This document shows positions 22,001 through 27,457 of a stretch of 64,000 bases of DNA, one piece after another. Under the pieces are notes generated by a model that saw only the letters and a list, made by a program, of their open reading frames with translations, searched no databases and had not been told where the DNA came from. Origin of the DNA: a virus (taxonomy: Duplodnaviria > Caudoviricetes); the IMG/VR virus record IMGVR_UViG_3300013902_000016, positions 401 to 64,400 of that record. One strand, 5' to 3'. The stretch's first letter is position 1. Every line of letters starts with the position of its first letter. Position numbers and translations under genes: made by a program.

Positions 22001-22894
22001 GTTACAATTATCCTTCCATCGATTGTAGTATGGGCATTGGGAAATAGTAGTGACGATGACTGGTATCAAGACCTTGATGCAAACACGAAATATACTAATT
22101 GGTGTATCGGTATTGGTGATACGCACATCCTTATACCTAAACCGCAAGAAACCGGTATTTTGTTTGGTAGTGGCGTAGAAGCCGTACTCAATCAAATGAT
22201 AGGCAATGACCCACAGGCAATGAAACAATGGTCAAAACAATATTTATCCACAATACTCCCTGGCATTTTACCGGCAACACTTGATTCGTGGATTGAATGG
22301 ATTGCTGATTATAGTTTTTGGAAAGGGCGTAAACTAGTACCTAAAAGTTTAAGCGGTGAACCTTCTGAATACCAATATAATTCATATACAAGTGAAATTG
22401 CAAAAGCTCTTGGCAATACGGAAATTGCAAAATCGGTAAAAATGTCGCCTATTGCTATTGATAATTTTATTAGTGGCTATTTTGCTAGCTCTGGGCGTTT
22501 CATAGCAAATGCACTTAATTCGCCTGTTGCTTATTTAAGAGGTTCAGGAAGACCTGCTGAACCAGCTAAATATTGGTATGAAATGCCGTTTGTTGGATCA
22601 TTTGTTAGAAAAAATCATGAAATATCTGAATATCAAAACAGATTCTATGATTTAGCAAGTGACATGACGGATGATTATAATCGCATGAAACACGATAACC
22701 CAAAGGCAAAACCGCCTAAAGGGTATAAAGAAATGGAAACCGCAAAGAAAACAGTTAGCAAGTTAAATAAAGAAATACAGGGGATTAAATCAGATACAAA
22801 GATGGGGCCGGAACAAAAACTACAGCAGATAGAGTTGCGGCAAAATAAAATCCATCACTTTACAAAGAAATTCGTTACTCAATACGGCAGATAG
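7100..22894 (+). CDS. 5264-aa polyvalent DarB-like internal virion protein (SLT-like, M15-like peptidase, ParB-like, N6-MTase, SNF2 helicase, zincin, MuF-C/LPD38-like)
   Basis: ARESGG...AYNGAG (~8570-8800); SAARTPEHNAEVGGAENSYH..DAVD...HLH (~9030-9230); LDPSMGTG and NIPF (~14000-14205); AHCVGAGKT (~16035), DEADKFKN (~16643), GSTEKMGAGTN (~17590); HEVYH (~18890). Confidence 0.8.
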   Translation: MSKLSDYLLNNTNIQDVPEGAAPGYEDNSDSDSSSSSGSFFDSAKKWWHEYTDAVSEGRPMWKEEATVSPVDWGTAGGNGSMPTTFSNSTYQSMQNPDTTLSDVGNAIVDRVSEITPQPIVDAFTPQTIAPNWQPRPLDDSVYTDIPGTPTASGEFGALEDESVRKKRMDEAAQYMADNYPRAYSAMLGAVSGAANVAGGIRNAIGGENSDWILRNAEKSEEAMKKFRQQWENQYGDSGYLLNPNGLANDIGNGIGSSLPIMGLSLLAPEAAVGIGTRAITSALTRAGLGKLAGSKVGQALIKEVASSPMSTAGDTMAEYGSMVDELVQSGMSEEEAREKAKSIIPRNIALDTLTLPGELYVMKGAKGLGRRFQAASTDSIGKRIGKGMARAGVMSVGSAIPEGYQEGAQNALEDNVKGERNTNWFSPFSWNDDDLEAARAGAVGGAFMGIPGNVAKGMQTYSNTGNAGIDATVDAANEYGLDPKGLLSIGARESGGDDVTAIGSASPNAFQITDESASDYGVDEMYPEWKTDLKQNAEAAAFILTKKIEENGGDFWAGVRAYNGAGQAADEYLATVQNTYNNIPDGYVSSGGGSGIQPYNLPTQGADIDEQVSNLTPEFQSALPTIGGILNEMGLADGAAISSAARTPEHNAEVGGAENSYHVHNDAVDIVLPEGTTQEQADAVAERFRETGAFKEVLFHDAGSGYHLHLGGYNGGLNSRGGGVGGTVEGSYNGDGGAAYMEAQREADREYQQEQRDRDNAYQQEITNIMNDNSAETIADDVDKEMKDAKTQQEEGMKALTPDQQKEEIGNYLDSVSQDDISDADFNTLWDATQSNDPKQIQTAYQTMQVNKQQTAQQTKQPIQPVNTPVQQTEKQQPKQQPAQQVSMNNETTNPIAQATQGTQDNKQTQPLEQTVQPPLNTAPNSKPIQQGEIKNETTQSTEGTNNQNVNTESKENQRENAETVQAKESAENKGTTGITENVRTDNAKQNIPAQYKLVSADDLISSDMPAYPQQYQPRNRNRLGMVAQVEDMSNQLNPSAVVDPTGNVNMGSPVINSKGVVLNGNGRTMAIRKAYNKGNQSAQAYKQYLKDNAEKLGIDPAAVDKIKNPMIVRQVSDDAPIEDIIHSTAGGSRMSASEQAKSDAKKIRTSTLDKYKKENSPDLSAPSNREFVKSVLDDITTDADRNVMYTENGQITKEAIRRVQDALFARAYGDDSLLNRMTESTDDNIRIVSKVMLQCAPKVAKLKEGQEHGDFYSEYDVSNVITQAAKDLIEAREAGKPISYKLRENDMFEASKRKDDEAIKITLKFFDDNKRRPRRIQEYVNSLADYVIGMGSPKLETESNPLFDGGERMTMDELANFTEEEINGGRNSNLHVESKRTDTQTESVPQTVQEESGTAGNASIQKSNETEVKENTHLQPVKDAIANGSYKLIAKEAVEYANNVVSGLKDGILTKEQAQLRVNDLVSALQTKESNGNSVMGNIPKFMQRTILDALKMTKDAINGNIEYAGMSKKETQAAKMLDETIKGIKDGSITPAKADDELRNARVAAKENGKQSYAFSKKLKEAEDFIKDKNNYGTKQEEREATENKEKPEEKQEETVRQSVVQPFKEKADSILKAYMAKKISRTSAERRLVRISGDANAAYYGTFDGMEEVKSQNKLNFSERSAAQDYANDAMKKIKEEYHKRQEKKKAKGKPQNTKESQAQETKATESKEDHKTESEPERTSPDEIDLRTISIEDAERQAMEALGIKPHKKPVLPKPTKGSPKSRKRTPIKDDETLTLHIVDQSDEALAEALKVFDEEASKLNANPMFNPRLMTAAMKIGAIHLQRGANKFIDWLKAMNSTDSRLKSYAPAVWKALQVFPKNGTLNEKQMTSLIQFVGVMYHHGITDKTDLRKRFIAALGVKNARYFDTAYTAIVEYPTAEELKGIDTKEENTVEETSNNEDNKNSKEESNNEQITTDEENYHGFLDGKTEREQNEIRSALSMKHNPFGFADGFVPIKKTIESDARATRDGRRKLFSEEEFKDRIGRVKKRFKDIMYDYYKYLCSLDSQTLSKESNKETKESTEKGGNNNEQLPKSEGLSGGHTGNESAKMGGTEKAGEPVGKAGKDTGLERQEERKNSPSDSRRQAGGMERESDKTNADRPRSGNDSTGNGTRRDKQSVLTPAQKKNAKLSEVAGHNYHINVKESDESGSVREKITQNIAAIKLLKQLEAEGRRATPAEQAVLAKYSGWGTIADAFTDKYGKENAELKEILTEEEYKSAKKAATTAFYTDPKIVNKIWEAVEKLGFKGGRVLDPSMGTGVFFGCMPENIASKSALTGVEIDNLTGRIAQQLYQKSNIQITGFEKMKGLNNYFDLAISNIPFENIHVHDIEFDKYNYQIHNYFFAKAMQKVRPGGLVVFITGQGTMQSKKDAEVLRVELSKNADLIAAVKLPNTAFKGNAKTDVTTDILILQKRETPAKKSKYAQLWDKIQHVSVQTGKWMESTPLNEYYVKNKDNMLGNPIGTRTQYGEIKFVLDGKDVDLEERFDKLIEKLPNDVYQPKKNKQGDTVKATKTAIADSKMRDGAFVIKDGVPMQNDNGVLKEVKESKANKGRTESYIRLRNIMQELIAAEIDPKSTKEKLNVLRKNLNRFYDEFVKKYGYLNERKNHNAFVSDPSYGTVEALERCEYTKEKGKAAKISKVEKTAIFKERTIEAIKDITRADTAADALAASLNNKGTVDIDYMAQLTGRDKADVIQELHGSIYKNPVSGNYETSEEYLSGNVLEKLEYAEEAAKTNPAYNENVKALQKVQPIKLQPQEIYASLGASWIPQSDVEDYANSLIDNDEAVKVLYHPALGTWEVQTTGFIDPVSEYQTNRRSFVEILDAALNNKDIKITHTEDKKQVQSKEDIEETTLANQKLEDIRNNFSKWLWEDDERAERLSDYYNRTFNNTALRQYSGSHLNFKGMNASIKLRDYQKNAIWRIMQNKNTLLAHCVGAGKTFTMQAAAMEMKRLGICQKPLFAVPKNVVNQFAKEFRILYPNANILIVDSDTLPAVPNSTPKSVVNKETGEVTEQELTPKQKEKINNQRVKRVRALSRIKTEDWDAIIISHTTLNRLAMAPEAYQAFYQDQIEQLEFAEREIMAMENKDVNSKRFLKELEKKKQNLQAKMEKAMSVEKKDIGITFEELGIDQIFVDEADKFKNLAFTTKLGRISGISSNGSQSAMDMFIKTQYLTKLNNGRGVVFATGTPISNTMNEMYTMMRYLNMDALKNTGNAYFDSWVSTFGQIVTKQERDPSGVGWRNTKAVKFANTPEMVRQFREVADVKRPEDIKIKRPKIKGGKPTVIAVEPTEALKSYIRNDIADRVKAIRSGNGFGQKGADNMLAVTNSLRQASLDMRLINPALGEEEGGKVRALADQVTQVYEDTEKEKGAQIIFCDLSTPKGTSDKIDEKTTDDDNSKESQDMYARIMKALLQKGIPKNQIAFVHDAKNDEEKQQLFEKVDSGELRVLIGSTEKMGAGTNFQHHLAALHHFTCPWRPRDLEQREGRILRYGNMFDEVQIFEYVTKDSYDANMWEKVKNKAMTIAQAMSGDLTTRIVDDADNGAITYAEAEALATGNPLMREKTEVDTEVMRYKGMLSGHLREVSNAQREIKIHAPEIPNNKAKMERIKKDIAQRQDLSGDKFKATIDGKTYTERKNADKALLTAIKDLKNNTVEEIGSIGGFAIKARKEVDYSSDKGVHYITKITLVKNFSYEAGPSIKSIESTINSKPETTLKDTEKETEKLNNSIKAWEKTAGAKFKYQDKLDALLKRQKEINDEFDKIENSTNESTENNEETTPAEYSVRDNSKEIQRSIQEVKDEIKNALPTAKDVTEDGNTITFIMPNDSKIVVDVQNQIALTAEQLAQAKKDHNIDGNVVVEGYAKKYGKDAYIALSQGARKGTGYHEVYHVAEDTVLNDKEKAALRKKYPNEEMRADKYAEWVEARKHGKGTLFGKLFRKIQDFAKKMQAILTRTENVHNVFRKIESGEVWNRKAEESEAANAKLAKAARQKLQEDMQAFSKSVDDFMNGKLPPKDVKVMTTPLVMNLIGEKLLPIYIHTNVMEKILKGKHSGEMSTGIVKKIPKELTDPLMILKAINNQGVESKNQKIVVIDLKNNYGATIMVPFIMDVKANRYELSNVIESAYGRGNKRPNDKWYIKRLKRGDAVYANKKRIDHWLKTLSLAEAHNGLLVVDSFNLSTIIPDETDLGKLKRENPTKYSIRKTQDTPLNPKEREQEQRKEDILKAINDIVPVYTKSDVKKNSTTETYYDRRQKAGFVKTPTIREYGRILALNLDQQLKLKNNMELTTNVKQELEKNKAYAAVMGDKIKDMTPIQARAEGVSIFGSLYFNGNEEAAAARFPKYYEAFKNALKENEELNDKVNHITEMIGDYKAQNPVLRANSGMQMHDKRKKTTKDKVSDILNSLYTDFVDEQHPLTTITKMAKRQTGKAIMYKYDVHKQALMAKGNAQAKTNLLLNSGKNKEFAIKALNEMFHGAIQYKVNMNDIMDAIKNVPQEELEKIGADDARQGLAKYLIAMRTNELSKALDNDYVRPDGFDEEACYNIIKNAPESIKTAAKMVWDFNKNMINIMQQQGLINKKSADTMRKYAHYVPMYHDMSDMQDIDDFIGAVGKGGRGFVDIKPNIYEIKGGNERAIIDPIESMVRMTVTLLDKCQRNNVGKTLARINQDFEGMGSIIAKDPTLKHEDPKKCAFSVYIGGKKVIYRTTPEVYSILTQVDENTTNMIASICRSMAKMKRIGATITPSFICRNLIRDSIFAGITSKTGFIPFVDTFRGMEKLITDKEFKAQYLASGASMGTFIRSDIEGSKDLLKEITGDKYSSWPKGLKQIAQLTNAVWDFYKQIGDVIEDSNRAGEFMRARKKGIGLEEAGYLAKEVTLNFGRHGRIGKKWNRYIPFFNATIQGTDKLVRAFIDNPARTSFMIAVTIILPSIVVWALGNSSDDDWYQDLDANTKYTNWCIGIGDTHILIPKPQETGILFGSGVEAVLNQMIGNDPQAMKQWSKQYLSTILPGILPATLDSWIEWIADYSFWKGRKLVPKSLSGEPSEYQYNSYTSEIAKALGNTEIAKSVKMSPIAIDNFISGYFASSGRFIANALNSPVAYLRGSGRPAEPAKYWYEMPFVGSFVRKNHEISEYQNRFYDLASDMTDDYNRMKHDNPKAKPPKGYKEMETAKKTVSKLNKEIQGIKSDTKMGPEQKLQQIELRQNKIHHFTKKFVTQYGR
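9909..10040 (+). CDS. Candidate nested 43-aa basic ORF in +1 frame of giant gene
   Basis: aaggaga upstream of ATG; MKQRKAPKAPTIKMSTPNLKKISVKMPKPYKPKKVPKIKGQRA. Confidence 0.35.
   Translation: MKQRKAPKAPTIKMSTPNLKKISVKMPKPYKPKKVPKIKGQRA
11205..11342 (+). CDS. Candidate nested 45-aa ORF in +1 frame of giant gene
   Basis: ggagg 9 nt before ATG; MADETVIYMSKVKELTPKQKAYLRQCKKKAEQQETQAYKKAMKQK. Confidence 0.35.
   Translation: MADETVIYMSKVKELTPKQKAYLRQCKKKAEQQETQAYKKAMKQK
13329..13604 (+). CDS. Candidate nested 91-aa TnpV-like ORF in +1 frame of giant gene
   Basis: aaaggagg 8 nt before ATG; helical ...NPIKQMQIDQEAEMIAQEMAQEEINNLY C-terminus reminiscent of TnpV. Confidence 0.45.
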   Translation: MNNYQRAKDLAEDIQEMNPQKWEELKKQGNPLEKLEKILDLNDKKKERIRRQIVEDRREEWNGNPIKQMQIDQEAEMIAQEMAQEEINNLY

Positions 22895-22922
22895 GAGATA
22901 GCATGAAAACATACCTGGCTAG

Positions 22923-22944
22923 AGCACCTTGCAACGGTGCTTTT
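22923..22944 (+). terminator. Rho-independent terminator after giant gene
   Basis: agcacc-ttgcaac-ggtgct followed by T tract. Confidence 0.55.
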
Positions 22945-22973
22945 ATACATAAATACATATAAGGCGGTGAACC

Positions 22974-23318
22974 ATGGATATAGAAACAGAATTTATAAAA
23001 ATGATTATAGGCACGTTAATTCCGGCAGTAGTCGGATATATTGTTGCATGGTTTAGATTAAAAAGAAGCGCAACGCTGAGAGCTGAAAGAGAATATAAGG
23101 CGATAAAAGACGGCATGCAAGCCATATTGCGTGACCGTCTTATTTATTACCATGGGCATTATATGGAAAAAGGATGTGCGCCAATTTATGCACGTGAAAA
23201 TTTCCTGCACATGTACCAAAGCTATAAGGAATTGGGCGGGAATGGTATTATTGAAAACATTTATTCGCAGTTTATGGCACTACCGACGGAGGAACAGTAT
23301 GAAGGACATACTCACTAA
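22974..23318 (+). CDS. Lysis-module membrane protein (holin/antiholin candidate)
   Basis: N-terminal TM; LRDRL...Y..Y..LGGNG motif typical of genes preceding endolysins. Confidence 0.55.
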   Translation: MDIETEFIKMIIGTLIPAVVGYIVAWFRLKRSATLRAEREYKAIKDGMQAILRDRLIYYHGHYMEKGCAPIYARENFLHMYQSYKELGGNGIIENIYSQFMALPTEEQYEGHTH

Positions 23319-23604
23319 GATAAAAAGCAATATCGGTATAATTTGTATCGGTTTTGGATTATTTGCCGCTTTAACCGTGTTGCTTTCATGGCTGATGGGC
23401 TATTGGCTCAACGGCTTATACGGGATGAAGTTTGATATTAACAGTTGCTGGCAAGGGATTAGTGCATGCGGAATGGGGCTTGTGGGACTAATGAAGTGGT
23501 TAGTTGACAGTACAAAAAACAGCCCCGCAGGTATGCCACCTAATTTTAAATCACAGCATTTATGTAATTGCATAAAAGGAGATGATAAACGTGAAAGTAA
23601 TTGA
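23299..23604 (+). CDS. Holin candidate
   Basis: Two hydrophobic segments; immediately before the endolysin; RBS ggagga. Confidence 0.55.
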   Translation: MKDILTKIKSNIGIICIGFGLFAALTVLLSWLMGYWLNGLYGMKFDINSCWQGISACGMGLVGLMKWLVDSTKNSPAGMPPNFKSQHLCNCIKGDDKRESN

Positions 23605-24166
23605 CATTTCATATTGGCAGTTAGGCATTGACTGGGACGAAGTAGTTGCAAGCGGCGTAGAAGGGGTAATTATTAAAATCACGGAAGGACAGAGCATAGA
23701 AGAATCCTTCTATGAACATGTGAATAATGCTAAAGAACACGGCTTGAAATGGGGCGTATACGCATTTTCCCATGCAAGCACGTCCGAAGAAGCACGCATG
23801 GAAGGAAACGAAGTTGTTTATCTATTAAATAAATTCGGTGAAAAACCGCCGCTTGGTGTATGGTTTGATTTTGAATCAAAAGAAAATTTAAATTGTTCAG
23901 ACCCGACAGCGGTATGCAGTGCGTTCATATCTTTCTGTAATGCGAATGGATATGATACCGTGGGCGTATACGCTTCATTATCTACACTGGTCGACGTTGT
24001 AAGCGTTTATTCTCTTGCAAGCTATGTTCCATACTGGGTAGCACAATACAGCGATACATGCGATTTTAAAGAATATTATCCTAACGCTAGACTTGCAGCT
24101 TGGCAGTATAGTGATAAACAGTATATAGGAAACACAAACGTTGATATGAATGAGTGGTATTTATGA
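23582..24166 (+). CDS. GH25 muramidase endolysin
   Basis: VIDISYWQ, IIKITEG, WFDFE, YWVAQY, AWQYS, VDMN motifs; no cell-wall-binding domain. Confidence 0.85.
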   Translation: MINVKVIDISYWQLGIDWDEVVASGVEGVIIKITEGQSIEESFYEHVNNAKEHGLKWGVYAFSHASTSEEARMEGNEVVYLLNKFGEKPPLGVWFDFESKENLNCSDPTAVCSAFISFCNANGYDTVGVYASLSTLVDVVSVYSLASYVPYWVAQYSDTCDFKEYYPNARLAAWQYSDKQYIGNTNVDMNEWYL

Positions 24167-24573
24167 TGGAGATAAAATATGATAAAAAGAAAATTATCGG
24201 CTGCATTGCTGGTGTTCTGCTTATTATTGCCGTTGTTTACGGTATCAGCCGATACTACGACGGTAGATCAGCCGCAGACCATAACGATGCAATTCAGTCA
24301 GTACAGCAGATTAAAAGAGATAATGAATCAGCAAGAGATGACATTAACGACGCTCGAAGCGAAATTGAAAGTGCTGGAACAATCATCGACAGCGGACAAG
24401 CAGACATTGATACAGCTAAACGACACACTGAAACATTGCAACAATCAGTTGATAGACGCCAAGAAACAATTAACGAATGCCAACAGCTCGTTGACGAAAG
24501 CAGAAGAAACATTGAAGAAGCAAGACGAATCTTTACAGATATTGACAACGCAAATAAAGAAACTGGAAAATAA
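24163..24573 (+). CDS. i-spanin-like protein
   Basis: N-terminal TM (IIGCIAGVLLIIAVVYGI) plus long coiled coil; ATGA overlap with endolysin. Confidence 0.55.
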   Translation: MMEIKYDKKKIIGCIAGVLLIIAVVYGISRYYDGRSAADHNDAIQSVQQIKRDNESARDDINDARSEIESAGTIIDSGQADIDTAKRHTETLQQSVDRRQETINECQQLVDESRRNIEEARRIFTDIDNANKETGK

Positions 24574-24652
24574 AGAAAAGACACTACGCAGGCAACGTGA
24601 TATATATGGCGTTTTAGCCGGTACATTATTAATATACGCAGCAATAAAATAG
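24179..24652 (+). CDS. Overlapping second spanin-like protein
   Basis: Signal peptide ending VSA-D, coiled coil, C-terminal hydrophobic segment; overlaps the previous ORF in another frame. Confidence 0.55.
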   Translation: MIKRKLSAALLVFCLLLPLFTVSADTTTVDQPQTITMQFSQYSRLKEIMNQQEMTLTTLEAKLKVLEQSSTADKQTLIQLNDTLKHCNNQLIDAKKQLTNANSSLTKAEETLKKQDESLQILTTQIKKLENKEKTLRRQRDIYGVLAGTLLIYAAIK

Positions 24653-24653
24653 G

Positions 24654-24693
24654 AAATATGGCACGGAGTGATACAATTCTCCGTGCCATATTT
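24654..24693. terminator. Hairpin after lysis genes
   Basis: 15-bp perfect arms aaatatggcacggag/ctccgtgccatattt. Confidence 0.6.
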
Positions 24694-24711
24694 ATTCAGA
24701 AAGGAATTGGC

Positions 24712-24951
24712 ATGAGAAAGGAAAATAAAATAGCAAGATACTGGTTAGATAATTTAACACGGACGAAATTCAAAGAGGTGCTTGAAGAATTAAAGTTAAA
24801 ACCATGGCAGAAAGAATTAGTGATTTTGCGTCATGTAAACGGATTCGACAATTATAGAATATCCATAGAGCTAAATATATGTAGAAAAAAGATTAGTACA
24901 GAATTAAATAAAATATACGATAGAGCATACAAAAGATACGCAAAGAGGTAA
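24712..24951 (+). CDS. Small HTH (sigma region-4-like) regulator
   Basis: LKPWQKELVILRHVNGFDNYRISIELNICRKKIS; RBS aagga. Confidence 0.6.
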   Translation: MRKENKIARYWLDNLTRTKFKEVLEELKLKPWQKELVILRHVNGFDNYRISIELNICRKKISTELNKIYDRAYKRYAKR

Positions 24952-25084
24952 TTTTTTACGCTTTTATGTGTCTTTTTACACAATACATTTGACCTACAAT
25001 ATAAGTAGGCTAAGGGCTGATTGATGGCTTGTAATAGCCGTTTATCAGCCTATTTTTTTATACATAAAAGAGGGGTGAAATGAT

Positions 25085-25480
25085 ATGTATAGTGGATACA
25101 GCAGCCCATATCAATACATGGCACAACCCAATAGAACACCACCTGTACAGATGGTATCAAGCATGGCAGAAGTACAGGCGGCACGCATTGAATACGACGG
25201 CAACGTGAATGTATTCCTTTGCCCGGCTCAACAATGTATATACACGAAACAAATAGATTTTAATACAGGCGGTGCAAGGATTCTTGTTTATAAATTACAA
25301 GATATACAAACACCTCAATATGCAGACATGTCTGCAGTTAATTCACTATCACAGCGGGTATCTATGATTGAAAGCTATTTGAAAGGCGGGAATACAAATG
25401 TTCAATCCAATGATGCTTTTACAGCAGGTACAGCACAGCCCCAACCCAATGATGCTACTACAGCAGGTAATGGGCAATAA
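25085..25480 (+). CDS. Accessory cassette protein 1
   Basis: RBS agagggg; Y/P/Q-rich N-terminus. Confidence 0.6.
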   Translation: MYSGYSSPYQYMAQPNRTPPVQMVSSMAEVQAARIEYDGNVNVFLCPAQQCIYTKQIDFNTGGARILVYKLQDIQTPQYADMSAVNSLSQRVSMIESYLKGGNTNVQSNDAFTAGTAQPQPNDATTAGNGQ

Positions 25481-25610
25481 CCAGCAGTTTGGATTTTTTG
25501 AAAAAATGGTAGGGGGGAAAAATCCGCAACAGCTGGAACAGATAGCCAGAAACATGGCTAGAGAAAGAGGATTTGATTTAGAGGGATTTATGAAGCAAAT
25601 GAAGCCTTAA
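25398..25610 (+). CDS. Accessory cassette protein 2 (NPMMLLQQ repeats)
   Basis: RBS gaaagg; duplicated NPMMLLQQV. Confidence 0.6.
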   Translation: MFNPMMLLQQVQHSPNPMMLLQQVMGNNQQFGFFEKMVGGKNPQQLEQIARNMARERGFDLEGFMKQMKP

Positions 25611-25655
25611 TTTGGGCTTTATGTATATTTTTTCCATTGATAAGGGGGAATTATC

Positions 25656-26408
25656 ATGATGGAAAACACAGGATTACAGGCTGTTTATGATGTCAACAAT
25701 AACCGCAACTACGACAGCTGGGGTGGCAACGGCTCATGGTTTATGTGGCTTATCGCTATCTTTGCTATGATGTGGGGCGGCGGCGGTTTTGGCGGCTGGG
25801 GCAATAATAGCGGCTTAAATCAGGTCACGAATGACTTCTTGTATACGAACCTTAACGGACGTATTAACGATGGCTTTGCAAGCGTCACACAGCAGAATTT
25901 TGACGCACAGAAAGGGACATGGCAGCAGACACAGGCATTACAGCAGCAGTTATGCAGCAATGCGATGCAGCAACAGCAAAACACACAGGATTTATTGATG
26001 CAGGGTACAGCTAACGGCTATATCGCACAAAACAACACTAAAGACCTGTTAATGGCAATGAATGACAACCGCTTTGCAAGCCAACAGTGTTGTTGTGAAA
26101 CGCAAAAGGCAATAGCTGCTGTACAGGCTGAAAATTACCGTAATACGTGTAATATTACAACAGCCCTGCATGCAGAGGGGGAAGCAACACGTGCTTTAAT
26201 TACGCAGAACACTATGCAGGAATTGCGTGATAGACTGGCAGATCGTGACCGTGATTTACAGACAGCTAATTTCCATCTGTCACAGCAGGCACAGAATGCA
26301 ACGCTTATTAGCCAGTTAAGACCATTCCCACAGCCTGCATATATTACCACCAGTCCATACCAGTCCGTAAATAGCGGATGTTGTGGATATACGAATGGTT
26401 GTGCATAA
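25656..26408 (+). CDS. Accessory cassette protein 3 (Gly/Trp-rich head, Q/N-rich body, CCC)
   Basis: RBS aagggg; WFMWLIAIFAMMWGGGGFGGWG, QQCCCETQ, C-terminal GCCG. Confidence 0.7.
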   Translation: MMENTGLQAVYDVNNNRNYDSWGGNGSWFMWLIAIFAMMWGGGGFGGWGNNSGLNQVTNDFLYTNLNGRINDGFASVTQQNFDAQKGTWQQTQALQQQLCSNAMQQQQNTQDLLMQGTANGYIAQNNTKDLLMAMNDNRFASQQCCCETQKAIAAVQAENYRNTCNITTALHAEGEATRALITQNTMQELRDRLADRDRDLQTANFHLSQQAQNATLISQLRPFPQPAYITTSPYQSVNSGCCGYTNGCA

Positions 26409-26506
26409 ACCATTTTCCTAACGTTAGGAAAATGGTACGGTACAGTGTATGTCTACACGTTTAGGGGCGGCGTAGACCGTCCCTATTTCTTTAAGGGGGA
26501 ATATAT

Positions 26507-26929
26507 ATGAGATGCTATAAAAAATCGTCTGTAATGGCAATCAACACAACTGAACAGGAAGTTGCCGCTAATGGTATTGTCGGATTAGCCACAGGAAAAA
26601 CGACAGGATGCAGTATTGGATATGTAAACGGCAGTAATGCGGTATCGCTGAAAAGCTCTGGACTGTATTATGTATCAGTTCATGCCAACGTAGAAGGGAC
26701 TGCAGCAGGAGCGGCGACTTTACAGTTATTAAATAATAACGTAGCAGTAGCAGGAGCGGCGGCAACTACTACACTCGCAAACGGTGGTACAGCTAACATG
26801 TCATTCGATGCAATTATTAATGTATTACCGTCTTGCAACTGTATAAACAATGCAGGATTATTACAAGTGCAATTATCAGCGGCAGCGACGGTAAGCAACA
26901 TTGAAATAGTTGTTGTTAAACTGGCATAG
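26507..26929 (+). CDS. Accessory cassette protein 4 (BclA-C/C1q-like beta-sandwich candidate)
   Basis: SGLYYVSVHANV...LQLLNNNVAVAGA beta pattern. Confidence 0.5.
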   Translation: MRCYKKSSVMAINTTEQEVAANGIVGLATGKTTGCSIGYVNGSNAVSLKSSGLYYVSVHANVEGTAAGAATLQLLNNNVAVAGAAATTTLANGGTANMSFDAIINVLPSCNCINNAGLLQVQLSAAATVSNIEIVVVKLA

Positions 26930-26942
26930 AGGGGGTATAGTC

Positions 26943-27398
26943 ATGGATAAATTTATTGAATTGTATCGACAGATAATAAACGACCCTGCCAAACATGAAG
27001 AAATGGAACATGCACTTGATTTTGTCGTTAAAAAGGTAAAATCAGTATGCAAAGATGATTACGAACGGGCACTGCATAAAATGTATTACATTGCTCACGA
27101 TGGGCATTTTTGTGAAAAGCTGGCAAAAGAAGCCGTGGCAAATATGCGGAATGTAAACGGTACGACTGGTGAAAAATGGAGTATAGAGCAGACAAACCAA
27201 GTCATGCAGCAGTACGGCGTACAAGCGAATCAGTATGACTTCTACTATGTAATGAACATGCTTTACAGCGATTTTAGCACCGTCATGGGAGAAGATGTCG
27301 GTAATTATTGCAGAATGGCAAGTGCATATATTAATGATGTAGATGCCAAGCCGGATAAAACATTAAAGATATATCTATCAACACATTGCATGGATTAG
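26943..27398 (+). CDS. Accessory cassette protein 5
   Basis: RBS gaggggg; helical; KWS...DFYYVMNMLYSD motif. Confidence 0.6.
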   Translation: MDKFIELYRQIINDPAKHEEMEHALDFVVKKVKSVCKDDYERALHKMYYIAHDGHFCEKLAKEAVANMRNVNGTTGEKWSIEQTNQVMQQYGVQANQYDFYYVMNMLYSDFSTVMGEDVGNYCRMASAYINDVDAKPDKTLKIYLSTHCMD

Positions 27399-27428
27399 AT
27401 GGTATGAAGTTTTAAATTTGTCAAGGTG

Positions 27429-27457
27429 TTGAATAAAAATATATACTTTAGTATAAT
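27429..27457 (+). promoter_or_regulatory. Sigma70/A-type promoter with no downstream ORF
   Basis: TTGAAT-17 nt-TATAAT. Confidence 0.55.

Noticed and set aside
7117-22228. Many minus-strand ORFs in the track opposite the giant gene and other long genes
   Set aside because: Antisense shadows of + strand genes; no RBS or motifs, biased composition
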